Assembly (NCBI GenBank): GCA_951406725.2
Contig: OX597830.1
Coordinates: 32,178,001-32,242,000 of the forward strand
Direction: 5' to 3'
Length of the DNA: 64,000 nucleotides
DNA from: Octopus vulgaris
Lineage: Eukaryota
Shown piece by piece: positions 26,461 to 41,194 of this stretch (position 1 is its first letter; every line of letters starts with the position of its first letter). The notes under the pieces are model-generated. The model ran no database searches and had not been told where the DNA came from. It worked only from the letters and a program-made list of their open reading frames with translations. The translations under genes and the position numbers were made by a program.

Positions 26461-26498
<38 letters not shown>

Positions 26499-26647
26499 TG
26501 TCCTGTTGTTACTATTTTTTACCCCTCTGCGAAAAGATCCCTTGAAATTGGTTGCTTGACTCATCCTGCTAAATATAGCAGCCTAATCTCCATCAGATCC
26601 CATTATTAAGTTTGGAAAACAGGAAGGACACACTGGATACATTAGAT

Positions 26648-26907
26648 CAGGGTTTCTCAACCATTATTGACTTGTGGACCTTTTTGCTTTTTATTTTACT
26701 CTACTGGACACCCAGAGCCGTTTGATGTTCAAAACATGTCCTAATACATTTTTATGATTAAATATTAGGATTTGCATTAAAAAAATTGTTGAAATATTTC
26801 ATATGCTGTAGAAATGTAACAAATTCATTGCACATTAACTTTAACAGCAAAATCTTATATGGACCCGCCCACCTCAACCAAGGATCATACCTGGTTGAGA
26901 ACCATAG
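26648..26907. mobile_element. hAT-superfamily MITE
   Basis: TIRs cagggtttctcaacc / ggttgagaaccatag with a perfect 8-bp TSD cattagat (26640-26647 and 26908-26915). Confidence 0.88.
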
Positions 26908-27341
26908 CATTAGATTATAAAAGTAACATAATTCTCTGATCATGAGCTACGCATCTCTCTATCCATCAGTTCAACTACCAACTTATCTATCCACGCATCC
27001 ATGTATCCTACCTACCTACCTATCAATCTATTTATCTGCCTACCTATCTACCTACTTATCTCTCTATCTATCTGTTTATCTCTCTTTCTCTTTACCTACC
27101 TAACTACCTTATCTATCTATCTTTCTCTCTACCTACCTACCTACCTACCTATCTATTTATTTGCCTACCTATCTACCTACCTATCTCTCTATCTATCTGT
27201 TTATCTCACTTTCTCTCTACCTACCTAACTACCTTATCTATCTATCTTTCTCTCTATCTACCTACCTACCTATCTATCTTTCTCTCTATCTACCCATCTA
27301 CCAATCTATCTTTCTATCTATCTACCTATCTACCTGTCTAC

Positions 27342-27384
<43 letters not shown>

Positions 27385-28113
27385 CCTACCTACCTACCTA
27401 CCTACTTACTTGTCTGTCTGTCTGTCTGTCTATTTATCTGTCTATCTATGTACACATACACACACACACTCACACACACATATTCCTCCATCCATCCATC
27501 CATCCATCCATCCATTTACTCTACTATGTCCCCATCCATCAAAAAAAGTACCCATGAACTCAGTTGAACCGCTCTGAACTTAACAGCGGAACTGAGAAAC
27601 AGCAACTTAGATGATAAACGATGTTCTATTAGGGTGGTTCTTAGGGTGGTGGTGGTTTTGGTGCCAGTGGTGGTGGTGGTGTCATCAGGATGAGGATGAC
27701 GATGATGGAGAAGAGGAAGAAGTGAGTTATTGATAGGGAAATGAAGTGAAGAAGAAAAAAAAATGTCAGGGAGTTGGGTAAAATGATGCGAAATGGAAAC
27801 GGTATTTTCTTGATAGCATTAGGATAGACAATCTTATTTTGTGTTTGAATAATATAAATATGGGTAGTGGGTAGCTTATGGGGTGTGGGGGGAGAGACAA
27901 AAGCTTTGAAGATTTGTGGATGGGGTGTTCCATGCACCCAGTACACATATATTATATACATATATATACATGTATATATATATATATACACATATATACA
28001 TATATATGTAATGGACATTAAAGGATGTTGATATATATATGTATGTATGTGTATGTATATATGTATGTATGTGTATGTATGTGTGTGTATATATATATAT
28101 ATATACATACATA

Positions 28114-28147
<34 letters not shown>

Positions 28148-28182
28148 ACACATATATATATATATATATGTATGTATACACG

Positions 28183-28223
<41 letters not shown>

Positions 28224-29102
28224 ATACATGTACATACATACATGCATGCATATACACACACATCAACATAAACAGTCATACAGTTTGCCGAAAGAAAAAA
28301 GAAATTTCAGCAAATAAGTAAATCAAACTATTAAAAAAAATTCCAATATAAAAATGAAAAAAAAAAAAAAATAAAAAAACAAGCCAAAATTGAACAAAAC
28401 AGAAAAAAAAATCAGCAGAGAAACAAACTTGAACCAAAAGAAGAATTTCGGGTGAGGGGGTTAAGGATGGGGGCTAGCATAAACAGAAGAGTAATGGAAG
28501 TTTGAAGGGACAAGATGGTAATGTCGGTGGGTCAAGAAAAGCCAAAAAAAAAAAAAAAATAGGGGAAAAATAAGGGGTTTGAAAGAAATAGGTGGGGGTC
28601 TGAGGGAGTGAGATGAGTTTTAGTAGAGTGAGTAGAGTAGGGGGTGGGGGTAAGGTGGGCGGGCAGGTAGGGGAGGAATGTTAATGACAAGAGAGTGTTA
28701 GTAGGAGATGGACGAGATAAGGAGGCTGGCATTGTTGGGTAAATGGAATTGGTATTTACATAGGGTTAATTCCGTTAAAATAACAAGTGGGGGCTAAAAG
28801 GAACGAAAAAAATGGCAAAGAATCCATGATAATCGTAATCATCATCATCATCATCATCATTTGCCACCACCACAACCGCCAATGCCATCACCACCATCAT
28901 AATCAATCATTATCATTTCCACCCTCCTTTTCCACCTCTGCTTCATCATCATCATTGTCATCGTCGTCATCATCATCATCATCATTCTCATCAACGTGGT
29001 CATCATATCATCATTATCATTGTTTTTACTGTCTTCATTTCATGTTGTCTTTTGTCCTCATTGTCCTGTTCCTCCATCACATACACCACCAACACCTCCT
29101 TC

Positions 29103-29134
<32 letters not shown>

Positions 29135-30324
29135 GTCACCACCACCTCCACCAACAACAACACCTCCACTAACACCACCACGACCACTACCAACACTCCC
29201 TCCTTCGCATCATCATCATCATCACCACCACTACCACCACTACCACCACCACCACCTCTGTGCTTAACATCATCAACATTATCAATATCAATGCATTATC
29301 AGAGGAGAAGATCATGTTATTCATGGTGGTGGTGGTGGTGGTTGCATTGAAGATAATGGAACACTGACAGAAATGCTACAATAATATAATAAATACTATA
29401 CGATGTCTAACTATTTGCTAACCACGTTATGAGTTCAAGTCTCTCGAGGCCAGTTTCAGAGATTGTTTTTTTTTTGTATGTCTTTTTCTCCCAGTGAAAG
29501 ATGATAAACTAATTTCTACCAGCCATATACTGTGGCCTTACTCAAATTATTAATTATGCTTAAAAATATCTTTAGAATCCCAGATTAGCACAGTTCTGAT
29601 GGTTGGAAATCACCGAGTAAGTATTTCACTGAAAAACTGGAGATAGTGAAAGCACTTACACATAAACATACTCCCATCAGGTGTGTGTTAATTTGCTTTT
29701 TTTCTAAAACAATAAATTTATTTATATAATTGATAGATTTTGTTGCCCCCATATACATATAATTAGTAGATTTTGGTGTCTTCATATATATGTAACTCAA
29801 AATATAAAGAATAATAAACTATAAAATAAATTTTTATTGTTCAAATTGAAACAAACTAATAATAAGATGGAAAATAATGGTGTTTTTTTTGTATATTACC
29901 TCTTTATTCACATTTGAAAAGTTTTCTACATTTTTTTATTGCAGTCTTTGATGAGATTCTCTCTATGACACCACGAACACTTTGAAATTATATTTCCAAT
30001 CATATAAACCACATTGAATATTATTTCAGCAAGTTTAAAGTGATTTCTTTTGTGCTGTAGACCATTTACTATTTCTGGGGTGCCTCCACTTCTTCCATTT
30101 ATATCTTAGCATATGCTTATTTTGTTTAATGATTAATCCAACACTGCATACAAACATACATATATACATATGTGTATGTGTTTATAGTGTGTCTGCAAGT
30201 GCGGGTGTGTGTGTGTGTGTATGTGCATATGCATGCACAAGTATGTGTGTGTGTGTTTGTGTGTGTGTGTGGCTGTGTGAGTCTGTGCTTTCAATTTTTT
30301 TAAAGTGAAAGCAGTTATCACCCA

Positions 30325-30480
30325 ATACACTCTGCAAAATGGTTGGCATCAGGAAGGGCATCCAGCCAAAACCATGCCAAAACAGACAACTGGACCCTAG
30401 ACAGCTTTCCTGTACTCCAGCTTCTGTCAAGCCAGTGAACCCATGCCAGCATGGAAAATGGACGTTAAACGATGATGATG
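30325..30480 (+). mobile_element. RTE 3' end followed by an expanded degenerate (GAT)n tail to ~30645
   Basis: ggttggcatcaggaagggcatccagc...ccatgccagcatggaaaatggacgttaaac(gat)n. Confidence 0.75.
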
Positions 30481-30851
30481 ATGAAGATGATGATGGTGAC
30501 AACTACGACGATGACAACAACAACGATGATGATGATGATAATGATGATGATAACAATGACAACAGCGACAATCATGATGATGATGACGACGACGATGACG
30601 ATGGCGATGATGATAGTGAAGATGACGACGGCGATGGCAATGATGAATATAAGTCGATGGCCAGTAGTTTTACATTGAGTTTAAGTATTTTGTATACTAG
30701 CACCTCTTCTTCAGGAAATCTTCAGAGATATGCTGAATTGTGTAACCCTAAAAACAGGATAACCCCAAAATATTGAAATATAAAGAAAAGTTCAAACCAT
30801 TGACTTGCATTATTTCATATATACAAATTGTTTTGGCTTTAAAAACATTTA

Positions 30852-31017
30852 CATAGGTGTAGGAGTGGCTGTGTGGTAAGTAGCTTGCTTACCAACCACT
30901 TAGTTTCGGGTTCTGTCCCACTGCATGGTACCTTGGGCAAGTGTCTTCTACTATAGCCTTGGGCCAACCAAAGCCTTGTGAGTGGATTTGGTAGACGGAA
31001 ACTGAAAGAAACCCGTC

Positions 31018-31073
<56 letters not shown>

Positions 31074-31300
31074 ATATGTTTGTGTGTCTGTGTTTGTCCC
31101 CGTCAACATCACTTGACAACCGATGCTGGTGTGTTTACATCCCCATAACTTAGTGGTTTGGCAAAAGAGACCGTTAGAATAAAGTACTAGGCTTACAAAG
31201 AATAAGTCCTGGGGTTGATTTGTTTGACTAAAGGTGGTGCTCCAGCATGGCCACAGTCAAATGACTGAAACAAGTAAAAGAGTAAAGAGAGAAAAGAGTA
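30852..31300 (+). mobile_element. SINE family A, full length
   Basis: Collinear with the other A copies. Confidence 0.9.
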
Positions 31301-31319
31301 TATCGAACACTGTTTCATG

Positions 31320-32045
31320 CAAACTACACTGAGAGCATAGCTGCAAGAATAAGAATAGAGTGGGCAAATTTCAGAGAGCTCCTACCTCTGTTGGTAACAA
31401 AGGCCTCTCTCACTGAATGAAAGGCAAACTGTACGATGTGTGTGTGTTCGAACAGCCATGCTACATGGCAGTGCAACATGGGCTCTGACCACCGAGGACA
31501 CGCGTAGGCTTGAAAGAAATAAAACTACTATGCTTTGCTGGATGTGTAATGTCAGTACGCATGTAGGAGAGCGCGTAAGCATCTCGAGAGAAAAGTTAGG
31601 AGGAATAAGAGGCATCAGATGTGGTGTGCAATAGAGACGACTGCATTGGTATGGTCATGTGATGTGAATCGATGTGGACAGCTGTTTGGAGAAGTGCCAA
31701 TCTCTAACAATGGAAGGAAGCTGTGGAAGAAGGGGATCCAGGAAGACATGGGACACATGATCTTCAAATGTTGGGCCTTATAAAGATAATGACTAGTGAC
31801 CCAGACCTTTGGCAATTGCTGTGCTTCAGAAGACCGGTTAAGCCAAGTGAAATCGTAGTGATGGTCATTGTTGGTGTCATGTAACTGGCACCTATACCAG
31901 TGTCAGGTAAAAATGTAAAAAAAACACCTTTCAAGTATTGACCTCAAAGAGGCAATGACAGGGGCCCAAGACCTTTGGCAATATGCTGTGCTTGAGAAAA
32001 AGACCCATCAAGCGAAGTGAAATCGTAGTTGTGGCAGATACTGGT
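31320..32045 (+). pseudogene. RTE-clade LINE ORF C-terminus plus start of the 3' UTR
   Basis: RIRIEWANFRELLPLL..KGKLYDVCVRTAMLHGSATWAL...LERN...MLCWMC...RLHWYGHVM...G..RKTW are RTE-typical motifs; frameshifts and stops present. Confidence 0.88.
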
Positions 32046-32795
32046 TTCATACACACATACACCTATATGTGTACGACAGTTTTATTCGTAAGTTACTAAC
32101 TTGCCCCACCATTCCAAATTAACCCACGTTTCACCAAAGTACTGCCAAGGGTTAAAAGATAATTCTATGTCTGACAATTCCGCAGACATCCAGACATGCT
32201 CTCTACATTTTACGAAACAGGAATTACAGTTCTTCAACATTAAGCTGTTAACCACAACAGAGAATGAGAACCGCAGAGATTGATGGTTGGATTGAAATGG
32301 CCTGGAATGGGGGACCGGCGGTGGCAGAGACAGAAGTGGTAATGCTGCTGGTGGTGGTGGTGATGGGGTGGTGATGTTGTTGGTGGTGGGGATGATTGTG
32401 GGGGTTGGTAGTAACCTGGGGAGCAAATATTGTATGAGATTTCTTTCCCCGGTTTGTTTTCCTTGTAAAACTTATGTGAGAATATTTACATAGATATTTG
32501 CGAAAATGCATACACCAATTACACACATAAATTCTTTCACACACACCCTCCACACACACACACACACACACATACACACACACACACACACTCACATGCA
32601 TAAATTCGTATACATGTACATACACCCTTACACAGACAAACATATATATAATAAATAAATTGATGGATAAATATAATATATACATTCATTGCATATATAT
32701 ACATATATACATACGCAAAATACTAAATATATACACTACGATTTTATTGTTTTATTATTTTAGTCACTGAGTTACACCCATATGGGGAACCAGCC

Positions 32796-33206
32796 TGTGG
32801 CTGTGTGGTAAGTAGCTTGCTAACCAACCACATGGTTCCGGGTTCAGTCCCACTGCGTGGCATCTTGGGCAAGTGTCTTCTGCTATAGCCCCGGGCCGAC
32901 CAATGCCTTGTGAGTAGATTTGTTAGACAAAAACTAAAAGAAGCCTGTCGTATCTATGTATATATATGTATATATATGTGTGTATGTGTGTGTGTTTGTG
33001 TGTGTGTGTTTGTCTCCCTAGCATTGCTTGACAACCGATGCTGGTGTGTTTACGTCCCCGTAACTTAGCGGTTCGGCAAAAGAGACCGATAGAATAAGTA
33101 CTGGGCTTACAAAGAATAAGTCCCGGGGTCGATTTGCTCGACTAAAGGCGGTGCTCCAGCATGGCCACAGTCAAATGATTGAAACAAGTAAAAGAGTAAA
33201 AGAGTA
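32796..33206 (+). mobile_element. SINE family A, young copy (CpG retained)
   Basis: Near-identical to the 51940 copy (ctgctatagccccgggccgaccaatgcc). Confidence 0.9.
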
Positions 33207-33232
33207 TATGCACATACACACACACATATATA

Positions 33233-33577
33233 ACATATTTGATGGCTTGTAAGATGCACCTTTTTTACCCCAAAGTGGCTTTAAAAGTCCACCCCCCTCC
33301 ACGTCCAATGCACTCAATGTAAGCTCAAAACTCATGACTGTTGGCTGAAATTATACATCAGAGGTCACGTAGATGTAGCTTAGTAGCCTAGCCTACGGTA
33401 TGTTTGTATCGAATGTGGATGCAATAAATTGCTTATATAATTACCGGTAATAACAAAGTTATACAGGTAACTGGGGGAATTAAAACATTATTGAAGTGGT
33501 AACTAATTTTATAAGAGTATAGCCTAAGCTAGGGTACGTCCTATGCACTCATGCATACTACAGGCCATCAAATACGG
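33233..33577. mobile_element. Tc1/mariner-superfamily (Tc2-like, CCGTA terminus) MITE, degraded
   Basis: Imperfect TIRs acatatttgatggcttgta / tacaggccatcaaatacgg, preceded by TA. Confidence 0.6.
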
Positions 33578-33587
33578 TGTGTATATA

Positions 33588-33693
33588 TGTATATTTAAAG
33601 GGCAGAACCACTAGGTGGTCAGCTGTATGCTAGAATTAGATCTACTTCTAGCATACAGCTGACCACCTAGTGGTTCTGCCCTTTAAATATACA
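33588..33693. repeat. Perfect 48-bp inverted repeat with a 10-nt spacer
   Basis: tgtatatttaaagggcagaaccactaggtggtcagctgtatgctagaa, then ttagatctac, then the exact reverse complement. Confidence 0.95.
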
Positions 33694-33792
33694 CATGTAT
33701 TAGAATTTTCTCTTATTTTATCAGATTTTTGTATGCTAGCCTACTGGTTTTAAATTGATATTAATTAAATTAATATTAGATTTATCTCCCTC

Positions 33793-33838
<46 letters not shown>

Positions 33839-33986
33839 ATGTTTGTATGTATGTATATGAATGAAGTATGAACGTATACATGTGTATATATATACATGCA
33901 TATATTGTTATATTGTTAGCTAGCTAGATAGATAGGCACACACACACACACACACGCACACAAACGCACATACGCACACATACACA

Positions 33987-34315
33987 TCATCATCATCATC
34001 ATTATCAGCATTTACTGTCCATTGTCCATGCTGGCATGAGTTGAACAGTTTGACTAGGCTGGCACGCTAGAAGTCTGCACCAGGCTCCAGTCTGATCTGG
34101 TATGGATTCCAATGGCTGGAAGCCCTTCGTAACACCAACCACTCTGAGAGTGTAAATGGTGCCTTTATGTGCCACCAACACGAGTGCCATTTGCATGACA
34201 CTGGGGTGCTTTTACAAGCCACCGGAACAGGTACCAGTTTCCATGACACCAGTATCTGCCACAACTGTGATTTCGCTCAGGTCTTTTTCTCTAGCACGAC
34301 ATAATGCCAAAGGTC
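33987..34315 (-). mobile_element. RTE 3' end, diverged
   Basis: (CAT)n tail, ccatgctggcatg, ctgcaccaggctccagtctgatctgg. Confidence 0.7.
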
Positions 34316-34328
34316 ACATATATATATC

Positions 34329-34925
34329 ATAGGCGTAAGAGTAGCTGTGTGGTAAGAAGCTTGCTTCCCAGCCACATGGTTCTGAGTTCAGTCCCACTGC
34401 TTGGCACCTTGATCAAGTGTATTCTATTATAGCATTGGGCTGACCAAAGCATTGTGAGTCGATTTATTAGATGGAAACTGAAAGAAGCCCATCATATGTA
34501 TATACTTGTGTGTGTGTATCATCATCATCATCATCATCATCGTTTAGCATCCGTTTTCCATGCTAGCATGGGTTGGACGATTCTACTGGGGTCTGTGAAG
34601 CCAGAAGGCTTCATCAGGCCCAGTCAAATCTGGTAGTGTTTCTACGGCTGGATGCCCTTCCTAACGCCATGTATATATATATATATATATATATACATTA
34701 TATGTAGAAAAATACAAACTGGGTGTCTGTGTTTGTCCCCCCACATTGTTTCACAGCAAATGTTGGTGTGTTTACGTCCCCATAACTTAGCGATTCAACA
34801 AAGAGACTGATAGAATAAGTACTAGGCTTACAAAGAATAGGTGCAAGGGTCACTTTGTTCGACTAAAGGTGGTGCTCCAGCATGACCGCAGTCAAATGCC
34901 TGAAACAAGTAAAAGAATAGGAAAA
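34329..34925 (+). mobile_element. SINE family A containing an inserted minus-strand RTE 3' end (34519-34670)
   Basis: The A 5' and 3' halves flank a segment near-identical to 16454-16600. Confidence 0.85.
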
Positions 34926-34936
34926 TAAACGTTTAT

Positions 34937-34984
<48 letters not shown>

Positions 34985-36149
34985 GTACATGTGTCCATGT
35001 ATATGTATATATATGTATTTATCTACTTATCTAGATCTTTGGCTTACCAGTTCTAGTCAAGCCATCTAACCCATGCCAACATGGAAAGCAGATGTTAAAT
35101 GAGGATGATGATGACATTGCATGTGTATGCCCACATACTATACATAAATATATATGTGCATAAGTACATATATATATATAACGATGATGATGATGATGAT
35201 GATATACACACACACATACACAAGTAAACATATTGTAAAGTTAACACACACACACATACAAGCATATGTCTTTTGGTGAAGATGACAATGTCAAGAAATT
35301 CATACACTGATACTTCACGTCCGTATATAAGCAAACCGTTGTCATGTTTATTATTTATGTCGCTGTTCTTCTCGTTATTGTTGTTGTTGCTACCGCTACC
35401 GGTAATGGTCGTGGTGGCGGCAGCAGAAATGGAAATTCACTCACCACCACCACCACCACCACCACCAGCAAAACCACCACTACCACCACCACCACTACCA
35501 CCACGATCACTACTATCACTACCACCACCACTACTGCCACCACTACCACCACCACCACTACCACCACCACCACTACCACCACGATCACTACCACCACTAC
35601 CACCACCACTACTGCCACCACTACCACCACCACCAACACCACCACCAACAACAACAACACCACCAGCAACACCACCAACATCACCACTACCAACACCACT
35701 ACCCCACCACCACCACCACTACTACCCCCACTACCACCACTACCACCACCACCACCATGGTCCCTGGCTTAAAAACCTCTGGACCTTGAGTAATGGCTGT
35801 ATCTAATAGTGTAAGCCATTTTAACAAGTGTGAAAAATCTAAAAGCCATATAAAAAAAAACAACACATCATTAGCCTAATTTTTTTGCGCTGTTGTTTTG
35901 TTTAGGTTTTATTCATGTTTTTTTTTTTTTTCCTATTTACATATTTTCTTCTTCCTGTAACTTTTTTTTTCTTTGTCTTTCGTTTCGTAGTCTGAATAAC
36001 TCCTGGGTGTGTATGTATGCTTATGCGTGTGTAGAGTGTATTTGTGAGAAGTGATGGAAGTGTGTGGAAATGATGAGAAGAGAGAGAGAGGAGAATCATG
36101 GGAAACTGTTTAGAATTATATGAAGTTTCCAACATGATTTTCGATGCTG

Positions 36150-36153
<4 letters not shown>

Positions 36154-36242
<89 letters not shown>

Positions 36243-36243
36243 G

Positions 36244-36277
<34 letters not shown>

Positions 36278-36278
36278 T

Positions 36279-36314
<36 letters not shown>

Positions 36315-36336
36315 GTCGTCGTCGTCATCATCATCG

Positions 36337-36371
<35 letters not shown>

Positions 36372-36372
36372 G

Positions 36373-36403
<31 letters not shown>

Positions 36404-36438
36404 TATTATCATCATCATCATCATCATCATCATCGTCG

Positions 36439-36470
<32 letters not shown>

Positions 36471-36665
36471 GTCATCATCACAATCATCATCATCAAAATC
36501 ATCATTTCGCAACTGCTTTCCAGGCTGGCATGGTATTAGACGGTTTGACTGGAACTTGTAAATTGGAGAGCTATACCAGGTTCCAGTTTGATATGGCATG
36601 GTTTCAACAGCTGGATGCCCTTCCTAACGCCAACTACAAACATGTAGTGGGCACCTTTTACATGT
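36154..36665 (-). mobile_element. RTE 3' end with a ~350-bp (CAT)n tail
   Basis: Long (CAT)n at 36154-36505, then ...cagctggatgcccttcctaacgccaac. Confidence 0.75.
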
Positions 36666-37084
36666 CGCAATGCAGGCATGAAAGTAGAGACACATTCAAG
36701 AACTATATCTAAGTTACAAATGTGATTTTATATAAATACAAAGAAAGAAGAATTTTGAGGGAGTTCAACGCAAGGTGAACATGTTGAATAAGTTAGATTA
36801 ATTGGTCTGAACAGGATGAATGAACAGTTTAATTTCATAAATGTGAACAGGATGAACAGTTTAACCAAATAAATGTGAACAGGATGTACAAGTTGAGTGA
36901 GAAAACTGGAAGAAAGATTAAGAAAATAAACAATAGTTTGAATATGGAGCTGAGAAGAAAACCTGTAAGGAGAACAGCATGAAAGAAAGATGAAGATGAT
37001 TTTGAAGATGAACACATTAAAAACATAGAAGATTTTTACAAGCCAGAAACGAATGAGGCAGACAAAAAGATGAACATTCTTTTA

Positions 37085-37299
37085 TTCTTTTATGTGTTTC
37101 AGTCATTTTTACTGCGGCCATGCTGGAGCACCACCTTAAAGAGTTTTAATCGAAGAAATTGACCCCAGGGCTTATTCTATTGCTCAACCACAAAGTTACA
37201 GGGACATAAACACACCAGTATCAGCTGTGAAGTGATGGTGGGAGACAAACATAGACACACAAATACATACATACATACATACGTACATACATACATACA

Positions 37300-37333
<34 letters not shown>

Positions 37334-37772
37334 CATATATACGTACACACACACACATATATATATGTGGTGGTTGTCCACTCTTTATGCAGAGATTGAC
37401 CACCTCCTGTACCTACACCTTAGAACTATCATGGTATCTGATGTTGCATTTTAAACCATAGAATGTTATGAAAAGACACCCACAGAAACTGCACCTCCGA
37501 TTTGGACCACCAAGAGCTGCAGATAAGTTCTGATCTTTATGGATCTTAAAATGTCAATTGAGGCCTCCGTTTGCAGACCTTCTGGCATACATTGCATTGA
37601 CAGGTGTTCACAGACAAATAGATAGATATACGACATGCTTCTTCCAGTTTCCATCTACTAGATCCACTCACAAGGCTTTGGTCAACCTAAGACTAGTAGA
37701 AGACACTTGCCTAAGGTGCCAAGCAATGGAACCGAACCCAGAGCCATGTGGTTGGGAAACAGCCACACCTGT
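37085..37772 (-). mobile_element. SINE family A split by a ~240-bp insert (37370-37610)
   Basis: 3' half at 37085-37265 and 5' half at 37625-37772, both on the minus strand. Confidence 0.75.
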
Positions 37773-38137
37773 GCTTATGAATAAAAACAAAAACTACTAT
37801 AGCATGGTGAACATGTTGAATGAAATATAAAGCTAGTTCAGCAAAATGGTGAACAAAATGTTGGACAAGAATAGATAATTAGTAGAACAGTATGGTGAAC
37901 AAGGGAATGAACAAAGTGAACAAGAAGTTAGGAAGAAAAATAAACAGGAAGGTGGACAAGATGAACAAGAAAATGAAATGAAAATAAAAAGACTGCAAAA
38001 AAGGTTAAGTAAGTAAGGAAAATGAAGAAAAGGGAGAATGAAAAAGGGGAAAAGGGGAGATGCAGAAGAATAGGAACAACAAGAATAAAAGGTCAGACAA
38101 ATAGAAGTAGGGTGATGGATAAGGAAGGAGAGGTGAA

Positions 38138-38545
38138 AGAAGAAGAAGAAGAAGAAGAAGAAGAAGAAGAAGAAGAAGAAGAAGAAGAAGAAGAAGAAGA
38201 AGAAGAAGAAGAAGAAGAAGAAGAAGAAGAAGAAGAAGAAGAAGAAGAAGGAGAAGAAGAAGAAGAAGAAGAAGAAGAAGAAGAAGAAAGAGAAGAAGAA
38301 GAAGAAGAAGGAGAAGAAAAAGAAGAAGAAGAAGAAGAAGGGAGAAGATAAAGAAGAAGAAGAAAAAAGAAGGGTGAAGATAAAGAAGAAGAAGAAAAAG
38401 AAGAAAAAGAAGGGAGAAGAAAAAGAAGAAGAGGGAAGATGAAGAAGAAGAAGAAGAAGGGGAAGAAAGAGGAGGAGGGGAAGAAGAAGAAAAAGAAGGG
38501 AGAAGATAAAGAAGAAGAAGAGGCCTAGGAGGAGGAAGAGGAGAA
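38138..38545. repeat. (GAA)n purine-rich microsatellite
   Basis: Directly visible; explains the poly-F, poly-E and poly-L ORFs. Confidence 0.95.
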
Positions 38546-38998
38546 GGATGAACGACAACAATAACAACATCAATAAGATTACTGCCTTGATTAGTTGCAA
38601 CACAAACATCATGACAACTATCAGACACGACTATCCCAAACTCCAACACAACCGACCACCGCCACGACCACCACCACCAAAATTATCACAACCACCAAAA
38701 AAAAATTATGACCGCCACCACCACCACCACCACCATTACCAACCACCCTCATTATTGTCACAATTATTGTTAGACAATTATTGTCTTTATTTTATTTTAT
38801 TTTATTTTATTTTATTTTTTGTTCTATTTTCAAATGAAAATCAGTTTATAATTAATTTCATTTCATTTAATTACAGACTTACATTATTTATCACAATTAC
38901 AATTAGAATCACCATTAATACAATTATTTTCATTATTGTTGTTGCTGCTGTCCTTCTTTATCATCATTAAAACAATGATTACCACTACCACTACCACT

Positions 38999-39079
<81 letters not shown>

Positions 39080-39240
39080 ACTATCACTACTACTACTGCT
39101 ACTATAATTATTATTGTTGTTGTTGATGCTGACATCGTTGTTGTCATTGTTGTTGTTGGTGGAAGTGGTGGTGGTGGTGGTTGTGGTTGTGGTGGTGTTA
39201 TAACTTTCAGTATTTCATACATTGCATATAGCGATGGTAC

Positions 39241-39283
<43 letters not shown>

Positions 39284-39400
39284 TAATAATAATAATAATA
39301 ATGATGATGATGATGATGATGATGATGGTAGCAATAATGATAATAATGATAACGATAATTCTTCTTCATCATCATCATCATCATCATCACCACCACCGCC

Positions 39401-39450
<50 letters not shown>

Positions 39451-40273
39451 CACTATCATCATCATGGTTGTCATCCTCATTTTTATATTGTTATAATTAT
39501 CGCTGTTTATTATTTATGTTGTCATCATAATTCTTCTTCTTCTTCTTCTTGTTATTGGTGCTGTCCATTATTTCAGTTGTTTTCTCTGTTGTTGTTGCTG
39601 TTGTTGTTGTTGTTGTCGCTGTCATCATTCAGCAGTGTGTCATAGTTTTCCTCTTGTGACAATTTCCGCACCATCACATTCACCAATCACCAACCACCAA
39701 CGGCACCCCCACCACCACCACCACCTCCACCACCATCACTGTCATCACCATCATCGTCATCATCGTCGTCATCATCACCACCACTAACACCAGTACCAAT
39801 ACCAACAACACCATGACTATCCGCACCACCACCACCACCACCACCAATACTCATATACTGCCGCTAATCAAACATTAATGTTAATTCGTTGTGAAATAAA
39901 ATGAAGGGAAAATCAGATAATTAAGATATTGATAAGTTCTGAATTTCATTTGTTTTGCTGTCACTAGTGTTGTTTTTACACTCTTCCTCTACACACACAC
40001 ACACATACACATATATGTGGGTGTGCATGTGTGTGTACGTGCATGCATAGATATGACTATATGTGTGTAAGTCTATTTGAATCTGGGTGTATGTGTACGT
40101 GTATGTGTGTGTGTACGCATATATATACATACACATGAATACATATATATATAAATACATCCATATATATATATACATATACACATATACATATCTAAAG
40201 ACATACATATATACATACATATATATAAATATACATACATATATATAAATATATTTATACATATATATACATA

Positions 40274-40325
<52 letters not shown>

Positions 40326-41194
40326 TATATATATATATATGCATATATATTCATACATAACAATATGTGCGTGTGTGTGTGTGCCACATGCTGTTGTGGA
40401 GGTGGAAATGTACACATATTAGTTTTTCTCTAATTAACATGTATGTGGATCTCTGCCACATGCATCATCTGTATGTGTGCATGAGCCTGAATGAACACTC
40501 TTTAATAAGAGACTTACATTCACACACACACACACACATTCACACACAAACACACACACACACACATGTAGTTTAATATACATTTGTATCTACAAATATC
40601 TGTATTTCTATAATTTGATACATGCATATACGCATGTAATACTCACATGTAATTGTGCATATATTTTACATATATATATATTTATATATATATATATATA
40701 TATATATACAGGCACACTCATATCAAATAAATTTATATTTAATTAATTAAATCTGAGAAAAGACATTTTAGTCACTTAATAACGCACAAAATCTGTTTTA
40801 TTCGTTTTCCCTTTATTTCTTATTAGCTCAGTCTATTATGAACTGTCAAGTATTTTCGTCGCACTTCTGCAATTTGATTATTGGGATAATTGTTTCTGTT
40901 TCAATCTGTGTTTATTATACATACATACATACATACATTCATACATACATACATACATACATACATACATACATACATACATACATACATACATACATTA
41001 CAAATGCAATTTGTGAGTGGAACAGTAAATATATGCAAGAATTTTCTCAAGTTCCAAATATGAATTTGACTGTATTAACTATATCTCAAAGATGGAGCAG
41101 TGTATCCTTGTTGGAAACTGGCTCCCTCCTCAGTGCAAGATTTTATAATAATTAAAAAACAAAAGAGACATATATACATACATACATACATACA

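Noticed and set aside
27005-27290. ~125-bp-period duplication within a (CTAT/CTAC)n tract
   Set aside because: Ordinary slippage within low-complexity DNA.
30339-30776. Second Asp-rich ORF
   Set aside because: It starts inside an RTE 3' UTR, and the Asp run is that element's (GAT)n tail.
35273-35806. Proline-rich, extensin-like ORF with a hydrophobic N-terminal stretch
   Set aside because: It derives from a degenerate (CCA/CTA)n tract that is open in several frames on both strands; similar tracts are common in the window.
36096-36712. Poly-His and poly-Asp ORFs
   Set aside because: They are the (CAT)n tail of an RTE 3' end.
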